The translations under genes and the position numbers were made by a program. A model generated the notes under the pieces. The model made no database searches, was not told where the DNA came from, and saw only the letters and a list, made by a program, of their open reading frames with translations. Source: Syntrophorhabdaceae bacterium (GTDB taxonomy: Bacteria > Desulfobacterota > Syntrophorhabdia > Syntrophorhabdales > Syntrophorhabdaceae). Taken from it: a stretch of DNA of 64,000 nt. This document shows, one piece after another, positions 39,714 to 49,413 of this stretch; position 1 is the stretch's first letter, and each line of letters opens with the position of its first letter. The DNA lies in assembly GCA_963666485.2 (NCBI GenBank), contig CAXXUO010000009.1:192001-256000 (forward strand), read 5' to 3'.

Positions 39714-41232
39714 TTTTTGCACCCGGCGCGGGTTTCTTTTCAAACCCCTCGATCTCCATCTTGATCACAAAGCGGTCGGCGTTCAGACGTGTGTCACGTA
39801 TCGTCGGAGAAGAAAATTCCACCTTTTTGAAAAGCGGCGATTGTTCGAGGCGCGGCAGCACTTCGGTCGCAGACGCGGCATAACCCTCGATCTCGACCGT
39901 CTCACCGGTGATCCTCAGGCGCGTCAGCCATACAGTCTTCGGCAGGATGGTGGTCAGTTCTTTCATGATATCGAGCGTCATCGGGGAAGATTCCTTGAAA
40001 CTCCGTATCGCTGACACATCGGCATCTATCGTTGATGCCTCCTGCCGTATCGCCTCTATCGCTCGTACCTCGCTCCTTCGCGACGCTATCTCCTGTCCTA
40101 TTCTGCCAAGCCGCGCCTTTTCCATGTAAAGCGGAACAATCAGGTTCAGGGCCATGGCAACGACTACAATGCCGAGGAGAATGAATGTTACGCCCCCTAC
40201 CGGGCTTTTTTTCGACTTCTCGCTTCGGCTGCCCGCAAGGTTGAGGCCCTTCTCGCCCGGCCATATCTCTTCGACAAGCCCGCCGAGCGGCCCCGTAAGG
40301 CTACCGCTTACCCCGATGCCGAATGTTTGCCGTAAATCATCGTCGGTCACCGGGCGGGCGGGCAGGCCAATGTCATCCGCGATCTTCGTGTACCCTGCGT
40401 CCGTCTTTATAAGGACAACAGGAGGGGCCTCTTCGTTCTCGAACCCCGGAAGCATTGGGGCGATCCCTTCTTTTATCAGCCGGACATTGTCCTCCTCGTT
40501 ACCCGTCAGCCCTTCAGACACCACTGCATGAAGGACCCCGTCGCGTATCGCACAGCCGTCATATGCCCCGGGGCGGACATCGAGACATATCGTCGCCTTT
40601 GACCCATTCCCGAGCACCCGGCAAACAGTGCCAAGGCCGGTGATGCCGGTGGTCACCCTGCGCGGATGAAGATCGTTCACGTCGAGGGCCTCGATATAAG
40701 GGCGCAGCGTCCGGGCCCTCATGGCGACAACAAGCAGTTTGAGCCTGGAATCCTCTTCGGAAATGATCGAGAAATCATACATGGCCTCGGCCGGGCCAAG
40801 CGGGGTCAGCCGGTCGATCTCGTACCCGATCACCGACGCGAGGTTTTCCCTGACAACGGCAGGAAGTTCCGCCGTCCGGACTATGAGCCACGAGCGGGGC
40901 ATGGAAAGGACGATCGACGCCCCCCGGGCGCCAAAGCTCCCGAGCACCTCCTTCACAGCGAGGACCGTTTCATCGGGGGTGGGATAGCGGCCCCCGGTAT
41001 AACTGAATCGCCTGAACCCCTTTACCTCCGGCTTCATGAATACCCTCGATCCGTACGCTATCGAGACCGCGCCTTCTTCGATAGCGGCGCATAGGCATTT
41101 CTTCGGTATGATCATCCCTTCGAGAATGTTGAACGTCAGGATATTTTCAAATCTCGAGATGCCGAAGAGGACGCGTTCCCGGGCCTTGCCGGTATATTCT
41201 TCCAGTTTGCCTGACAGTTGGTCAAGATTCAT
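39700..41232 (-). CDS. gspL: T2SS GspL / PilN-domain protein
   Basis: Actin-like cytoplasmic part, single TM, ELTTILPKTVWL..L.I.G..VEIEGYA, LEQSPLF. Confidence 0.8.
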   Translation of the reverse strand: MNLDQLSGKLEEYTGKARERVLFGISRFENILTFNILEGMIIPKKCLCAAIEEGAVSIAYGSRVFMKPEVKGFRRFSYTGGRYPTPDETVLAVKEVLGSFGARGASIVLSMPRSWLIVRTAELPAVVRENLASVIGYEIDRLTPLGPAEAMYDFSIISEEDSRLKLLVVAMRARTLRPYIEALDVNDLHPRRVTTGITGLGTVCRVLGNGSKATICLDVRPGAYDGCAIRDGVLHAVVSEGLTGNEEDNVRLIKEGIAPMLPGFENEEAPPVVLIKTDAGYTKIADDIGLPARPVTDDDLRQTFGIGVSGSLTGPLGGLVEEIWPGEKGLNLAGSRSEKSKKSPVGGVTFILLGIVVVAMALNLIVPLYMEKARLGRIGQEIASRRSEVRAIEAIRQEASTIDADVSAIRSFKESSPMTLDIMKELTTILPKTVWLTRLRITGETVEIEGYAASATEVLPRLEQSPLFKKVEFSSPTIRDTRLNADRFVIKMEIEGFEKKPAPGAKNEKK

Positions 41233-42185
41233 CGCTGCGTTTCCGAGGGCGTTTTGTAATAGAAAAAACGCGGTATTGTCGTCTCGGCCGAGACGACGGC
41301 CCTGATGCCGTATCCCTGCTTTTGCCCGCCGAGAAAGCCGGTCGATTCGATCGAATAGACATTCGTTTCCGCCATGTCGATATACTGGCCAAAGGTAGAT
41401 AGATTGAGGCCGGATACTGCCTGAATATCCTGAACAGATTTGAATTCCACCCTTTCCCTCTGGTCGATCATCCTCTGGACGGCCTCGGGGGTGATCCCGG
41501 GAAGCGCCGCGAGCACCTCCCGCGGAGCCGCGTTTATATTGATCTTCGAGGACGTCCCGTATATCGTGAGATAGTATATGATCCCTTTTTGCTCACTGTT
41601 CCCGAAGAGGATGGCGGGGGTTACACCCTTTACGAGAAGGAGCTCCTCGAGGGTGTCGAGCGGGGCGTTCCTGGCCCTGTACGGGACCGGCAGAGAGAGG
41701 TAGTATTCATCCTCAGCCCCGTTCAAACGGCGCAGGTTGTCCGTGTCGATCCAATCCAGGATGGAGTCGACGATTATGTCCGCCGTCTCCTGGGGCACCT
41801 TGAAATTGAGCAGCAGGTTCTTGAGGACCATACCGGTGAGATCGGTCATCTTGTTGACATCGATCTTTCCCGATTCGGACAAGAGCCTGAAGGTGTAGGT
41901 CCCCGGCCCCAGGCTGCCGGTATAGGGCCGGCCATCGATGCGCACCACTTCATTGCCCTCCAGCGTTACCGTCTGCTCGCGATATGTCTGTCGATGGTAT
42001 ATCTCCAGGATGGCCCGTTCGAGCCCTCCTTCCGCGATGAGTTTCTTCTGGATCCCCTCTTTGAAGAATATCGTCGAATAGGCATCCGTGCGTATCAGGA
42101 ACGAGAACGAGATGACAAGCGTGACCAGTATCGTGATGACCCACAACACCATTATGATCGCAATACCTTTTTCCGACCGCATCAT
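41229..42185 (-). CDS. gspK: T2SS minor pseudopilin GspK
   Basis: KGIAIIMVLW, ESGKIDVN, ILDWID.D, EELLLVKG, ININAAP. Confidence 0.92.
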   Translation of the reverse strand: MMRSEKGIAIIMVLWVITILVTLVISFSFLIRTDAYSTIFFKEGIQKKLIAEGGLERAILEIYHRQTYREQTVTLEGNEVVRIDGRPYTGSLGPGTYTFRLLSESGKIDVNKMTDLTGMVLKNLLLNFKVPQETADIIVDSILDWIDTDNLRRLNGAEDEYYLSLPVPYRARNAPLDTLEELLLVKGVTPAILFGNSEQKGIIYYLTIYGTSSKININAAPREVLAALPGITPEAVQRMIDQRERVEFKSVQDIQAVSGLNLSTFGQYIDMAETNVYSIESTGFLGGQKQGYGIRAVVSAETTIPRFFYYKTPSETQR

Positions 42186-42781
42186 GTTTTCACCTTGCCG
42201 GACCGGACGGGGACGGTAAAGGCTATTTTCCGGTCCGGGAAGGTCAGGGTGACCCGTATCTTCCGGGGGAAGAGCAGGTCATCCGTCCAGGTCGCGACCC
42301 ACTCCCCCGCCGTGCCTTCGAATTCATTTTCTTTGCGGAAATACTCGAAACGTACGGCGCTCAAGCCCTCGAGGAGCCGGACCTGCCTCTGGTTGTCGAC
42401 GCCCACCGTGTTCTCTTCAATATCGAATGCGGTCGTGCCGTTGTCGGCGGGCCTCGCGGCGTATGTCACGATGACGTACCCGTTCTTTCCCCCGATCAGC
42501 GAGTAATTCGACGCGAACCTGACCCGGTCTGCGGACCCTTCGAAGAAAAGGCGCCCCTGTTCATCATCCTGCCGCGTGAGAGGTATCGCCGACTGAATCT
42601 GCTCATCTACCAGGGAAAAGGCCGCCCTCAATCGCTCGAGGTAGGTCATCTTCGCTTCTCCCTTGTTAACGGAACTGTACGAGAGGCGCATCGCCCCGGC
42701 CATTATGACCAGGATAAGGCTGAGAAGGGCAATGGATATCATGACCTCGAGCAGGGTGAACCCTGCCGTCCGTTTCTTCAT
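42182..42781 (-). CDS. gspJ: T2SS minor pseudopilin GspJ
   Basis: Prepilin site AG/FTLLEVM; W...W....FPRKI; position in the operon. Confidence 0.8.
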   Translation of the reverse strand: MKKRTAGFTLLEVMISIALLSLILVIMAGAMRLSYSSVNKGEAKMTYLERLRAAFSLVDEQIQSAIPLTRQDDEQGRLFFEGSADRVRFASNYSLIGGKNGYVIVTYAARPADNGTTAFDIEENTVGVDNQRQVRLLEGLSAVRFEYFRKENEFEGTAGEWVATWTDDLLFPRKIRVTLTFPDRKIAFTVPVRSGKVKT

Positions 42782-43203
42782 ATCCGGCCCGCCTGTTCCT
42801 TTTTCACCATCTTCATGGTCCTCAATGTCGTCGACCTCTGGGTCATGCCGCCCTGCCATGTGAGCTTCACGGTTATTTCGAGCAGATCGAGCGGCAGTTC
42901 GCGTGTCCTTTTCTCAAGTGCGCGGGTTATGACAGTCTCGACAACGAACCCTCCGGGGTCCGTTTCTATTCGTGTACCCTCCTTAAGGTCATCGCGGTCA
43001 AGGACCTCTCTCGTGACCGCCAGTGCCCGCGCGCTCATCCACACGTGGTCTTCCGACCGGGCGACAAGGCTGAGATCGGACGAGAACAGCTGGAAGATGA
43101 CCGTGACCGTCGATGCGAGAAGAACAAATGCTATGAGCACCTCGAGTAGCGTAAAACCTTCGTTCCTTTTCAGCGTCGTCCGTACCGGGCGTATCCTGTT
43201 CAT
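42778..43203 (-). CDS. gspI: T2SS minor pseudopilin GspI
   Basis: Prepilin site EG/FTLLEVLIAF; size and position. Confidence 0.8.
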   Translation of the reverse strand: MNRIRPVRTTLKRNEGFTLLEVLIAFVLLASTVTVIFQLFSSDLSLVARSEDHVWMSARALAVTREVLDRDDLKEGTRIETDPGGFVVETVITRALEKRTRELPLDLLEITVKLTWQGGMTQRSTTLRTMKMVKKEQAGRI

Positions 43204-43219
43204 TTCCCGTACCGCCTCA

Positions 43220-43678
43220 TCATTTTGCAACGGCCGCTCCCAGGACCGGGTCGATGTCTATCCGTATCGCTTTTCGGCCCCCCGTGAGCGTGATCCTGCC
43301 CCAGTTCGACCCGCCCGACCCGTTGAAAACAACGGTATATTCACCTCGCATCATGTCCCCTTCCAGCGGGTCCGTTATCCTGACAGCCACATCACCGGGT
43401 ATCCTGCGCGTCTGAACCCCGGGGATGCCGTATCGCCCGGTGTCGAGGTTGATAAAGACCGACCGCGGTTCTCCGCTGTTCCTCGCGAGCAGACGCGCGA
43501 ACCGCAGCATTGCCGACATCTCGCGCCCTGTCGCCGTCAAGTTCTCGGACGGCAACCGGTTTGCGAAAAAGACCGTCGAAACCCCCAGGATGATAACGAT
43601 AAGCACCATGACCATCATTATTTCGATGAGGGTGAAACCCGCGCTTCCCCGATGTTTTCTAAAAGAACGTGTGTGCAT
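43220..43678 (-). CDS. gspH: T2SS minor pseudopilin GspH
   Basis: Prepilin site AG/FTLIEIM; ARLLA, FNGSGGS..G.I.L. Confidence 0.8.
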   Translation of the reverse strand: MHTRSFRKHRGSAGFTLIEIMMVMVLIVIILGVSTVFFANRLPSENLTATGREMSAMLRFARLLARNSGEPRSVFINLDTGRYGIPGVQTRRIPGDVAVRITDPLEGDMMRGEYTVVFNGSGGSNWGRITLTGGRKAIRIDIDPVLGAAVAK

Positions 43679-43687
43679 AGTACCCTC

Positions 43688-44881
43688 TCAGAACGGAAGC
43701 TCCAGGATGCTGAAGACCGCCATCAGCATCGATACAACGATAAATGCGATGATAATGCCCATTGCCAGGATGATGGCCGGTTCAAGGAGGCTCATAAATC
43801 TTTTGACAGCGTCCCTGAGCCCTTTTTCGTATGCGGCCGCGACCTTGAGGAGCATGACATCGAGCTGCCCCGTCTCCTCCCCCACCTTGATCATGGAAAG
43901 GGCAAGCCGGGGAAAGATGCCTGCATCCATGAGGGGCGCCGCGATGCCCTTGCCTTCCCGGACGTTCCTGACTATGGCGTCGATCGAGCCGGCGACGATC
44001 CTGTTCCCTATCACGTCCTTGGAATTGTTGAGCGCCTGCAGGAAAGGCACCCCGCTCTTGAGAAGGGTCCCTAAGGTCCTGCAAAAACGGGCTGTCTCCA
44101 GTTTCATCACGACGTCGCGAAAAAGTTTGAGCTTCATCTCGTCCCATTTGTAGGCGCCGCGTTCGGTCCTTGAATAGAACCGGGCAAGGAGGAGCACCCC
44201 GGCAATGACCGGGAAGATTATCCACCAGTAGGAACGGAGCAGCGTGCTGACACCGAGGATAAAACGCGTCGACAGGGGAAGTGTGCCGCCTATCTCGCTG
44301 AATATCGCGGAAAACCGGGGGAGAACAAAGGTAAGGAGGATGATTATGGAAATGCCGCCGGTCACGGTGAGGATAAGCGGGTAGACCATTGCGGACACGA
44401 CATTGTCCTTAAGTTCCTTCGCTGTTTCCAGGAATTCGTTGAGCTTGTCGAGAACGATGTCGAGGACCCCTCCCGTTTCCCCGGCGCGCACCATGCTCAC
44501 GTAGAGCTTCGGGAAAATATCGGGATATTTCTTCAGGGCGTCCGAGAAGGAATTTCCCTCCCTGATCCCGGTAAGCACCGAATTTATGACCTCCTTCATC
44601 CGCGCTCCCTCCGATATGTCGGAAAGGATATTGAGGCTGCGGTCGATCGGAAGGCCCGCCCCGAGAAGGGCCGACAGTTCGGTTGTGAAGGTGAGCAGGT
44701 CTCCCCGCGACGACCGCAGGGAAAGCCGCCGTCCCGCAACGGCTTCGGGCACGGATATCCGGATGGGTATGATGCCCGTGTTCCGTATCTTCTCGGCCGC
44801 GGACTGTTCATTGGGCGCATCGACAACCCCTTCGATAATATTTCCCTCGAACGTTGTGGCAGTATAGGAATACATTGCCAC
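43688..44881 (-). CDS. gspF: T2SS inner membrane platform protein GspF
   Basis: FTTELSALLGAGLP, SMVRAGETGG, VGEETGQL, LLEPAII. Confidence 0.93.
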   Translation of the reverse strand: MAMYSYTATTFEGNIIEGVVDAPNEQSAAEKIRNTGIIPIRISVPEAVAGRRLSLRSSRGDLLTFTTELSALLGAGLPIDRSLNILSDISEGARMKEVINSVLTGIREGNSFSDALKKYPDIFPKLYVSMVRAGETGGVLDIVLDKLNEFLETAKELKDNVVSAMVYPLILTVTGGISIIILLTFVLPRFSAIFSEIGGTLPLSTRFILGVSTLLRSYWWIIFPVIAGVLLLARFYSRTERGAYKWDEMKLKLFRDVVMKLETARFCRTLGTLLKSGVPFLQALNNSKDVIGNRIVAGSIDAIVRNVREGKGIAAPLMDAGIFPRLALSMIKVGEETGQLDVMLLKVAAAYEKGLRDAVKRFMSLLEPAIILAMGIIIAFIVVSMLMAVFSILELPF

Positions 44882-46423
44882 TTAATCCTCCCGTGTGACC
44901 CTGAACACCTCTCTCAAGGTTGTCGATCCTGCTTCAATCTTTGCAATGCCGTCCTCGAGCAGTGTTCTCATGCCTTCCTTGCGCGCAGCCTCGCGGATCT
45001 GCCCTTCGTCCGCGTTCTTCAAGATCAGCCTGCGTATGGCGTCGTCGACGATAAGGAATTCGAAAAGGCCCATGCGCCCCCGGAAACCTGTATAGGAACA
45101 GGCCTCGCACCCCTTCCCGCGGAAGACGGGGGCGTCTTCGGCGAAACCGAGCGCGATGAGCTCCTGCAATTGCTGTGATGATGTGTCTTCAGTCCTGCAT
45201 TCTGCGCAGATGACCCGGACCAGCCTCTGGGCCAGGATGCCGCGTATCGTCGAGGACAGCAGGAATGCCTCGACCCCCATGTCAAGGAGTCGTGTAATGG
45301 CGCTCGGTGCATCGTTCGTGTGCAGGGTAGAAAAGACAAGATGCCCCGTAAGGGCGGCTTGAATGGCGATTTCGGCGGTTTCGAGGTCCCTGATCTCCCC
45401 GATCATGATCACATCGGGGTCCTGGCGGACGATATGCCGCAGCGTGCTCGCGAAACTCAAGCCTATGTTCGGGCGCACCTGTATCTGGTTTACCCCTTTA
45501 AGCTGATATTCGATCGGGTCTTCGACGGTGATGATCTTTTTATCCGGTGAATTTATCTTGTCGAGGGCCCCGTACAGTGTCGTTGTCTTCCCGCTTCCCG
45601 TCGGCCCCGTGACGAGTATGATGCCGTTCGGCCTCTGGATGAGCTGGTCGAAATCCTTCAGCATGCCCGGCATGAACCCGAGGACGTCAAGATCGATGAC
45701 GATGCTTTCCTTGTCGAGGATCCTCATGACGATGCTTTCCCCGTGCAGGATGGGTATGGTTGAAACGCGGAGGTCGATCTCCCTGTCGCCGACGAGGAGC
45801 CGTATGCGGCCATCCTGCGGCAGCCTGCGTTCCGCTATGTTCAGCTTCGCCATGATCTTGATCCGGGAGACGATGGCGGCCTGCAGCCTTTTCGGCGCGG
45901 ACTCGACATCGCTGAGAACGCCGTCGATCCGATAGCGCACCTTGACCTCGTCTGCGAAGGGCTCGATATGGATATCGCTCGCCCTGCTCTCGACCGCCCG
46001 CGTTATCAGGAGATTGACAAGCTTTATGATCGGCGCTTCCGAGGCGAGGTCCTTGAGATGGCCTATGTCCTCCTCGTCGATCCCGTTCGCGAGGCCCTGC
46101 CCCTCCTCGTCGATGCCTTCTATGATCCGGTTGATGTTCTGATCTTCCTGGCTGTAGAACTTCGACAGGAGTTCGTCGATCGTTTCCCTATCGCCTGTGT
46201 ACACTTCTACATCCCCTGCCGTCGCCACGCGAAGCGCGTCTATGAGGTCACGGTCCGCGGGATCGGCCATGATGACCTTGAGAACTTCATTTTTCAGTTC
46301 AAAAGGTATCACCCTGTTCTCCCGGATAAAGCGGGTCGATATGCCCTCGATGACGAGCGGGACCTTCGGAAACTCTTCAGGGCTCAAAAAGGTTACCTTC
46401 TTCTCTGCCATGGCAGTTGTCAT
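44882..46423 (-). CDS. gspE: T2SS ATPase GspE
   Basis: RASDIHIEP, AERRLPQDGR, GPTGSGKTTT, RQDPDVIMIGEIRD, TGHLVFSTLH, CxxC...CxxC. Confidence 0.95.
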   Translation of the reverse strand: MTTAMAEKKVTFLSPEEFPKVPLVIEGISTRFIRENRVIPFELKNEVLKVIMADPADRDLIDALRVATAGDVEVYTGDRETIDELLSKFYSQEDQNINRIIEGIDEEGQGLANGIDEEDIGHLKDLASEAPIIKLVNLLITRAVESRASDIHIEPFADEVKVRYRIDGVLSDVESAPKRLQAAIVSRIKIMAKLNIAERRLPQDGRIRLLVGDREIDLRVSTIPILHGESIVMRILDKESIVIDLDVLGFMPGMLKDFDQLIQRPNGIILVTGPTGSGKTTTLYGALDKINSPDKKIITVEDPIEYQLKGVNQIQVRPNIGLSFASTLRHIVRQDPDVIMIGEIRDLETAEIAIQAALTGHLVFSTLHTNDAPSAITRLLDMGVEAFLLSSTIRGILAQRLVRVICAECRTEDTSSQQLQELIALGFAEDAPVFRGKGCEACSYTGFRGRMGLFEFLIVDDAIRRLILKNADEGQIREAARKEGMRTLLEDGIAKIEAGSTTLREVFRVTRED

Positions 46424-48777
46424 TCGATACCGGGCGGTACGGGGCCTGGCGCAGCGGGGCCGGGCGGTTTGTTTGCGGGTGCCGGGGTTGCCGGGGAGGG
46501 TTTGGAAGGCACCCCGCTGCCCGTACCCGGCGCGGCCTGGGGTATCGGCTGGTTGAGAAGCTCCTGCCTCTTGATATCGGTCTCGCTCTTCGGGATGCCG
46601 CCTTTGTCGCTCATGGGCGCGGGCGGGATCGTCACCGGCTTCTGTTTTATCAGGTCTTCCCTCTTGATCTTGCCTTTTCCCGTTTTTGTCACGCTGTCGA
46701 CATAATCAGACGTGACGTTGGCAGCGTCGATATGATTCCGTATTACCCGCGGAGTGAGCAGGATGATGAGCTCGGTGCGCTCGGTATTGTCGTCGGTGGT
46801 CCCGAAGAGCCATCCCAGGATCGGTATCTTGCTGAGGAAAGGTATCCCTGAACGCGACCGCGATATATCGTCGCGGATCAGCCCGCCGATGATTATCGTA
46901 TTGCCGTCCTGGCAGACGAGGCTGGTCGTTGTTTCCGTCTTGTTAAGCACAATGTAGTCTTCGTTGTCGAAAAGCTTGATGGTGGTATAGTTCGAGACCT
47001 CCTGCGCAAGGTCGAGCGTAACGAGGCCCCCCTCGTTGATGCGCGGTTTCACCTTGAGGATGATGCCGATGTCCTTGTACTGGACGGTACGCTGGGGGGC
47101 GATCGTCCCCGAGCCAAAGGTTTCCGATGAGACGACCGGTACCTGCTGGCCGACCTGGATCCGCGCCTCCTTGTTGTCCGACACAAGGATATGCGGCACC
47201 GCGAGCAGCTTCGCCCGGTTGTCGATGGCGAGCATGTCGATAACTGTCTTGAAATCTCCTCCGACGTTCCCCGCGAACGTGAACGTGCCCAGGCCCGTTG
47301 CGGCATTGGGGGTCGAACCGGGGACATTGAAACCGACCACGCCCTCGACCGCGCCCAGGACACCGTTCATCCCATCCTTATTGATCTGAAGGGCCCACGA
47401 GATGCCGAGCTTCAGTTCGTCCTTCAGTGTGACCTGCGCCACCACTCCCTCGAGGAGGACCTGTCGGGGTATAACGTCAATGCGCGCAACCGCGGTCTTA
47501 ATGAATTCGTAATCTTCCGGCGTAGACAAGATAATGAGGGCATTCAGGTTTTCGTCCGCGATGATCTTCGTGATGGGGGACACGAGAAGTTCACCGGTTG
47601 GCTGGCCGCCTGTCGATTGCATGGACGGCCTTGGCGGCTGCTGGGCAGCAGCCGGTTGCGCTGCAGGTCCCCCCGGGGTCGCCGGTCCGGCGGATGTTGT
47701 CACAGGCTGTGCGGGCGGCCTCTGGGAAAGAAGTACCTGCTGCAGAATAGCGGCGACGTCCTTCGCCTTGCCGTTTTGAACGTTATAGACCGACACCTGC
47801 GGTTTCTTGAGCTTGGTCTGCTCGCCGTCAAAGAAATTGATAAGGGTCAACAGCCTTTTGACGTTGGAATCGGTATCGACGATCATAATGTGGTTGATAT
47901 TGGGCAGTTCGATAACGACAGCCGTCTGCGTGAGAAAAGGCGTTATCAGCTTGACCGTCTCCGAGGAATGGACGTGCACGAGAGGCACGACCTGTATTAT
48001 CGATTTACCCTGGACAGGGATGGCTCCCGGGTCCCGGCCGAACTTGATCTGGGCAGGTTCTTTTGCCACCTCGCTGATGGGAACGATCCTGTACAGGCCG
48101 CTCTCTTCGACAACACCTATACCGTTGATCCTGAGGATCGTCTCCATGACAGGAAGGACCTGGTCGAGCGACACGGGCGCCACTGACCGGAACGTCACGC
48201 GCCCCTTGACCCGTTGATCGACAATGTAATTTACCTTGAGGATCTCCCCGAATATTGTCTGTATAACGGAATAGACATCGGCATCGTCGAAATTCAGGCT
48301 GATGCGGCCCGCACCCGGCCGCGCAGGGCTCACGGGCCTCGGGGGTTGGCCGGGCTGAACAGAGGGTGATAACGGCTGCCTGCGCAAGGCGGCCGGATGA
48401 GTTTCTCCCGGCGTGCCAAACTGTGCAGGCGGAGATTTAGATGCCTCAGGCCCCGCTGGTGGAGGCGGAACCTGAGGCTGCGGAGACTGCGATATCCCCG
48501 GCGTCGAGGTGGGTTGTGCCGGAGATTCGCCAGGAGGCAAGATGGACTTACCGGGGGGCTCTGCCTCACGCTGCGGGGCGCCAACGGGCACAGCCTGTGC
48601 GATGCCGGGTTGTGCCGGTGTGCTCCGGGTGATGCCCTCCTTCACCTGGCTGGCCTTTCCGAGGATGGTCATGGAAGACTCGGCCCCCGCGAAAACAGGC
48701 AGACAGGTGAAAAGAATGCCGATTATGCCCTTCCCGATAAAGTGTATAAAAAAAGACCGGAGTGTCATATTATGCAT
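46420..48777 (-). CDS. gspD: T2SS secretin GspD with Pro-rich N- and C-terminal extensions
   Basis: ISLNFDDAD N0 domain, QVLLEGVVAQV, IIIGGLI, GIPFLSKIPILGWLF, ELIILLTPRVI. Confidence 0.93.
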   Translation of the reverse strand: MHNMTLRSFFIHFIGKGIIGILFTCLPVFAGAESSMTILGKASQVKEGITRSTPAQPGIAQAVPVGAPQREAEPPGKSILPPGESPAQPTSTPGISQSPQPQVPPPPAGPEASKSPPAQFGTPGETHPAALRRQPLSPSVQPGQPPRPVSPARPGAGRISLNFDDADVYSVIQTIFGEILKVNYIVDQRVKGRVTFRSVAPVSLDQVLPVMETILRINGIGVVEESGLYRIVPISEVAKEPAQIKFGRDPGAIPVQGKSIIQVVPLVHVHSSETVKLITPFLTQTAVVIELPNINHIMIVDTDSNVKRLLTLINFFDGEQTKLKKPQVSVYNVQNGKAKDVAAILQQVLLSQRPPAQPVTTSAGPATPGGPAAQPAAAQQPPRPSMQSTGGQPTGELLVSPITKIIADENLNALIILSTPEDYEFIKTAVARIDVIPRQVLLEGVVAQVTLKDELKLGISWALQINKDGMNGVLGAVEGVVGFNVPGSTPNAATGLGTFTFAGNVGGDFKTVIDMLAIDNRAKLLAVPHILVSDNKEARIQVGQQVPVVSSETFGSGTIAPQRTVQYKDIGIILKVKPRINEGGLVTLDLAQEVSNYTTIKLFDNEDYIVLNKTETTTSLVCQDGNTIIIGGLIRDDISRSRSGIPFLSKIPILGWLFGTTDDNTERTELIILLTPRVIRNHIDAANVTSDYVDSVTKTGKGKIKREDLIKQKPVTIPPAPMSDKGGIPKSETDIKRQELLNQPIPQAAPGTGSGVPSKPSPATPAPANKPPGPAAPGPVPPGIE

Positions 48778-48780
48778 GAT

Positions 48781-49206
48781 CTATTGCCAGCTCATTATAT
48801 CGGCGTCTTCTCCCTCGCCGCCGGGCGAGCCGTCCCTCCCGAGTGAATAGAGGTCATATTCGCCGTGGCTTCCCGGGCACTGGTACACGTACGACCTTCC
48901 CCAGGGATCGTTTGGCAGCGCCTTCTTGAGGTACGGGCCCTCCCAGTTGGGAACGCCGGGATTTGTGACCAGCGCACTCAAGCCTTCCTGGGTCGCAGGG
49001 TACCGTCCCACATCGAGCCTGAATTGATCGAGCGCCTGGCCTAAGAGTTCTATCTGGGCCTTTGCCGCGGCCTGCTTTCCCTTGCCCAGCTTCGGAAAAA
49101 GCTTGGGTGCGACCAGGGCCGCCAAGAGCCCTACGATGACCATGACGACGAGCAGTTCTATAAGTGTGAAACCCTTATTATCCCGCCTGATAAAGATCTT
49201 TTTCAT
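48781..49206 (-). CDS. gspG: T2SS major pseudopilin GspG
   Basis: KG/FTLIELLVV, ALDQFRLDVGRYP...GL, GPYL...DPWG, SLGRDG..GGEGEDADI. Confidence 0.96.
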   Translation of the reverse strand: MKKIFIRRDNKGFTLIELLVVMVIVGLLAALVAPKLFPKLGKGKQAAAKAQIELLGQALDQFRLDVGRYPATQEGLSALVTNPGVPNWEGPYLKKALPNDPWGRSYVYQCPGSHGEYDLYSLGRDGSPGGEGEDADIMSWQ

Positions 49207-49413
49207 CCCTGAACCCCCGGCTGACCCGCTTACGGTGCGGAACGCCCCGTTTTTGAAATGTCCTGTGTATTGCTCAAGAAGTCCCTATCTGAAGAATACG
49301 AAAATTCCCCCGGGGTGTATGTCGTTGAAACAACAATAATCTTGTCATACTTCCGAAAATGGGCCTGTCACCAGAAGCGAGGATAACGAGGGGAGAAAAC
49401 CCCGGGGATGGGC

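Noticed and set aside
38423..49206. Type IV pilus or Tad locus
   Set aside because: A GspG-type major pseudopilin, GspK and GspD are present and there is no PilT retraction ATPase, indicating T2SS.
49271..49286. Sigma54 promoter for gspG (minus strand AGGGACTTCTTGAGCA)
   Set aside because: GG-N10-GC spacing is present but the flanking consensus (CACG, TT) is poorly matched; too weak to call.
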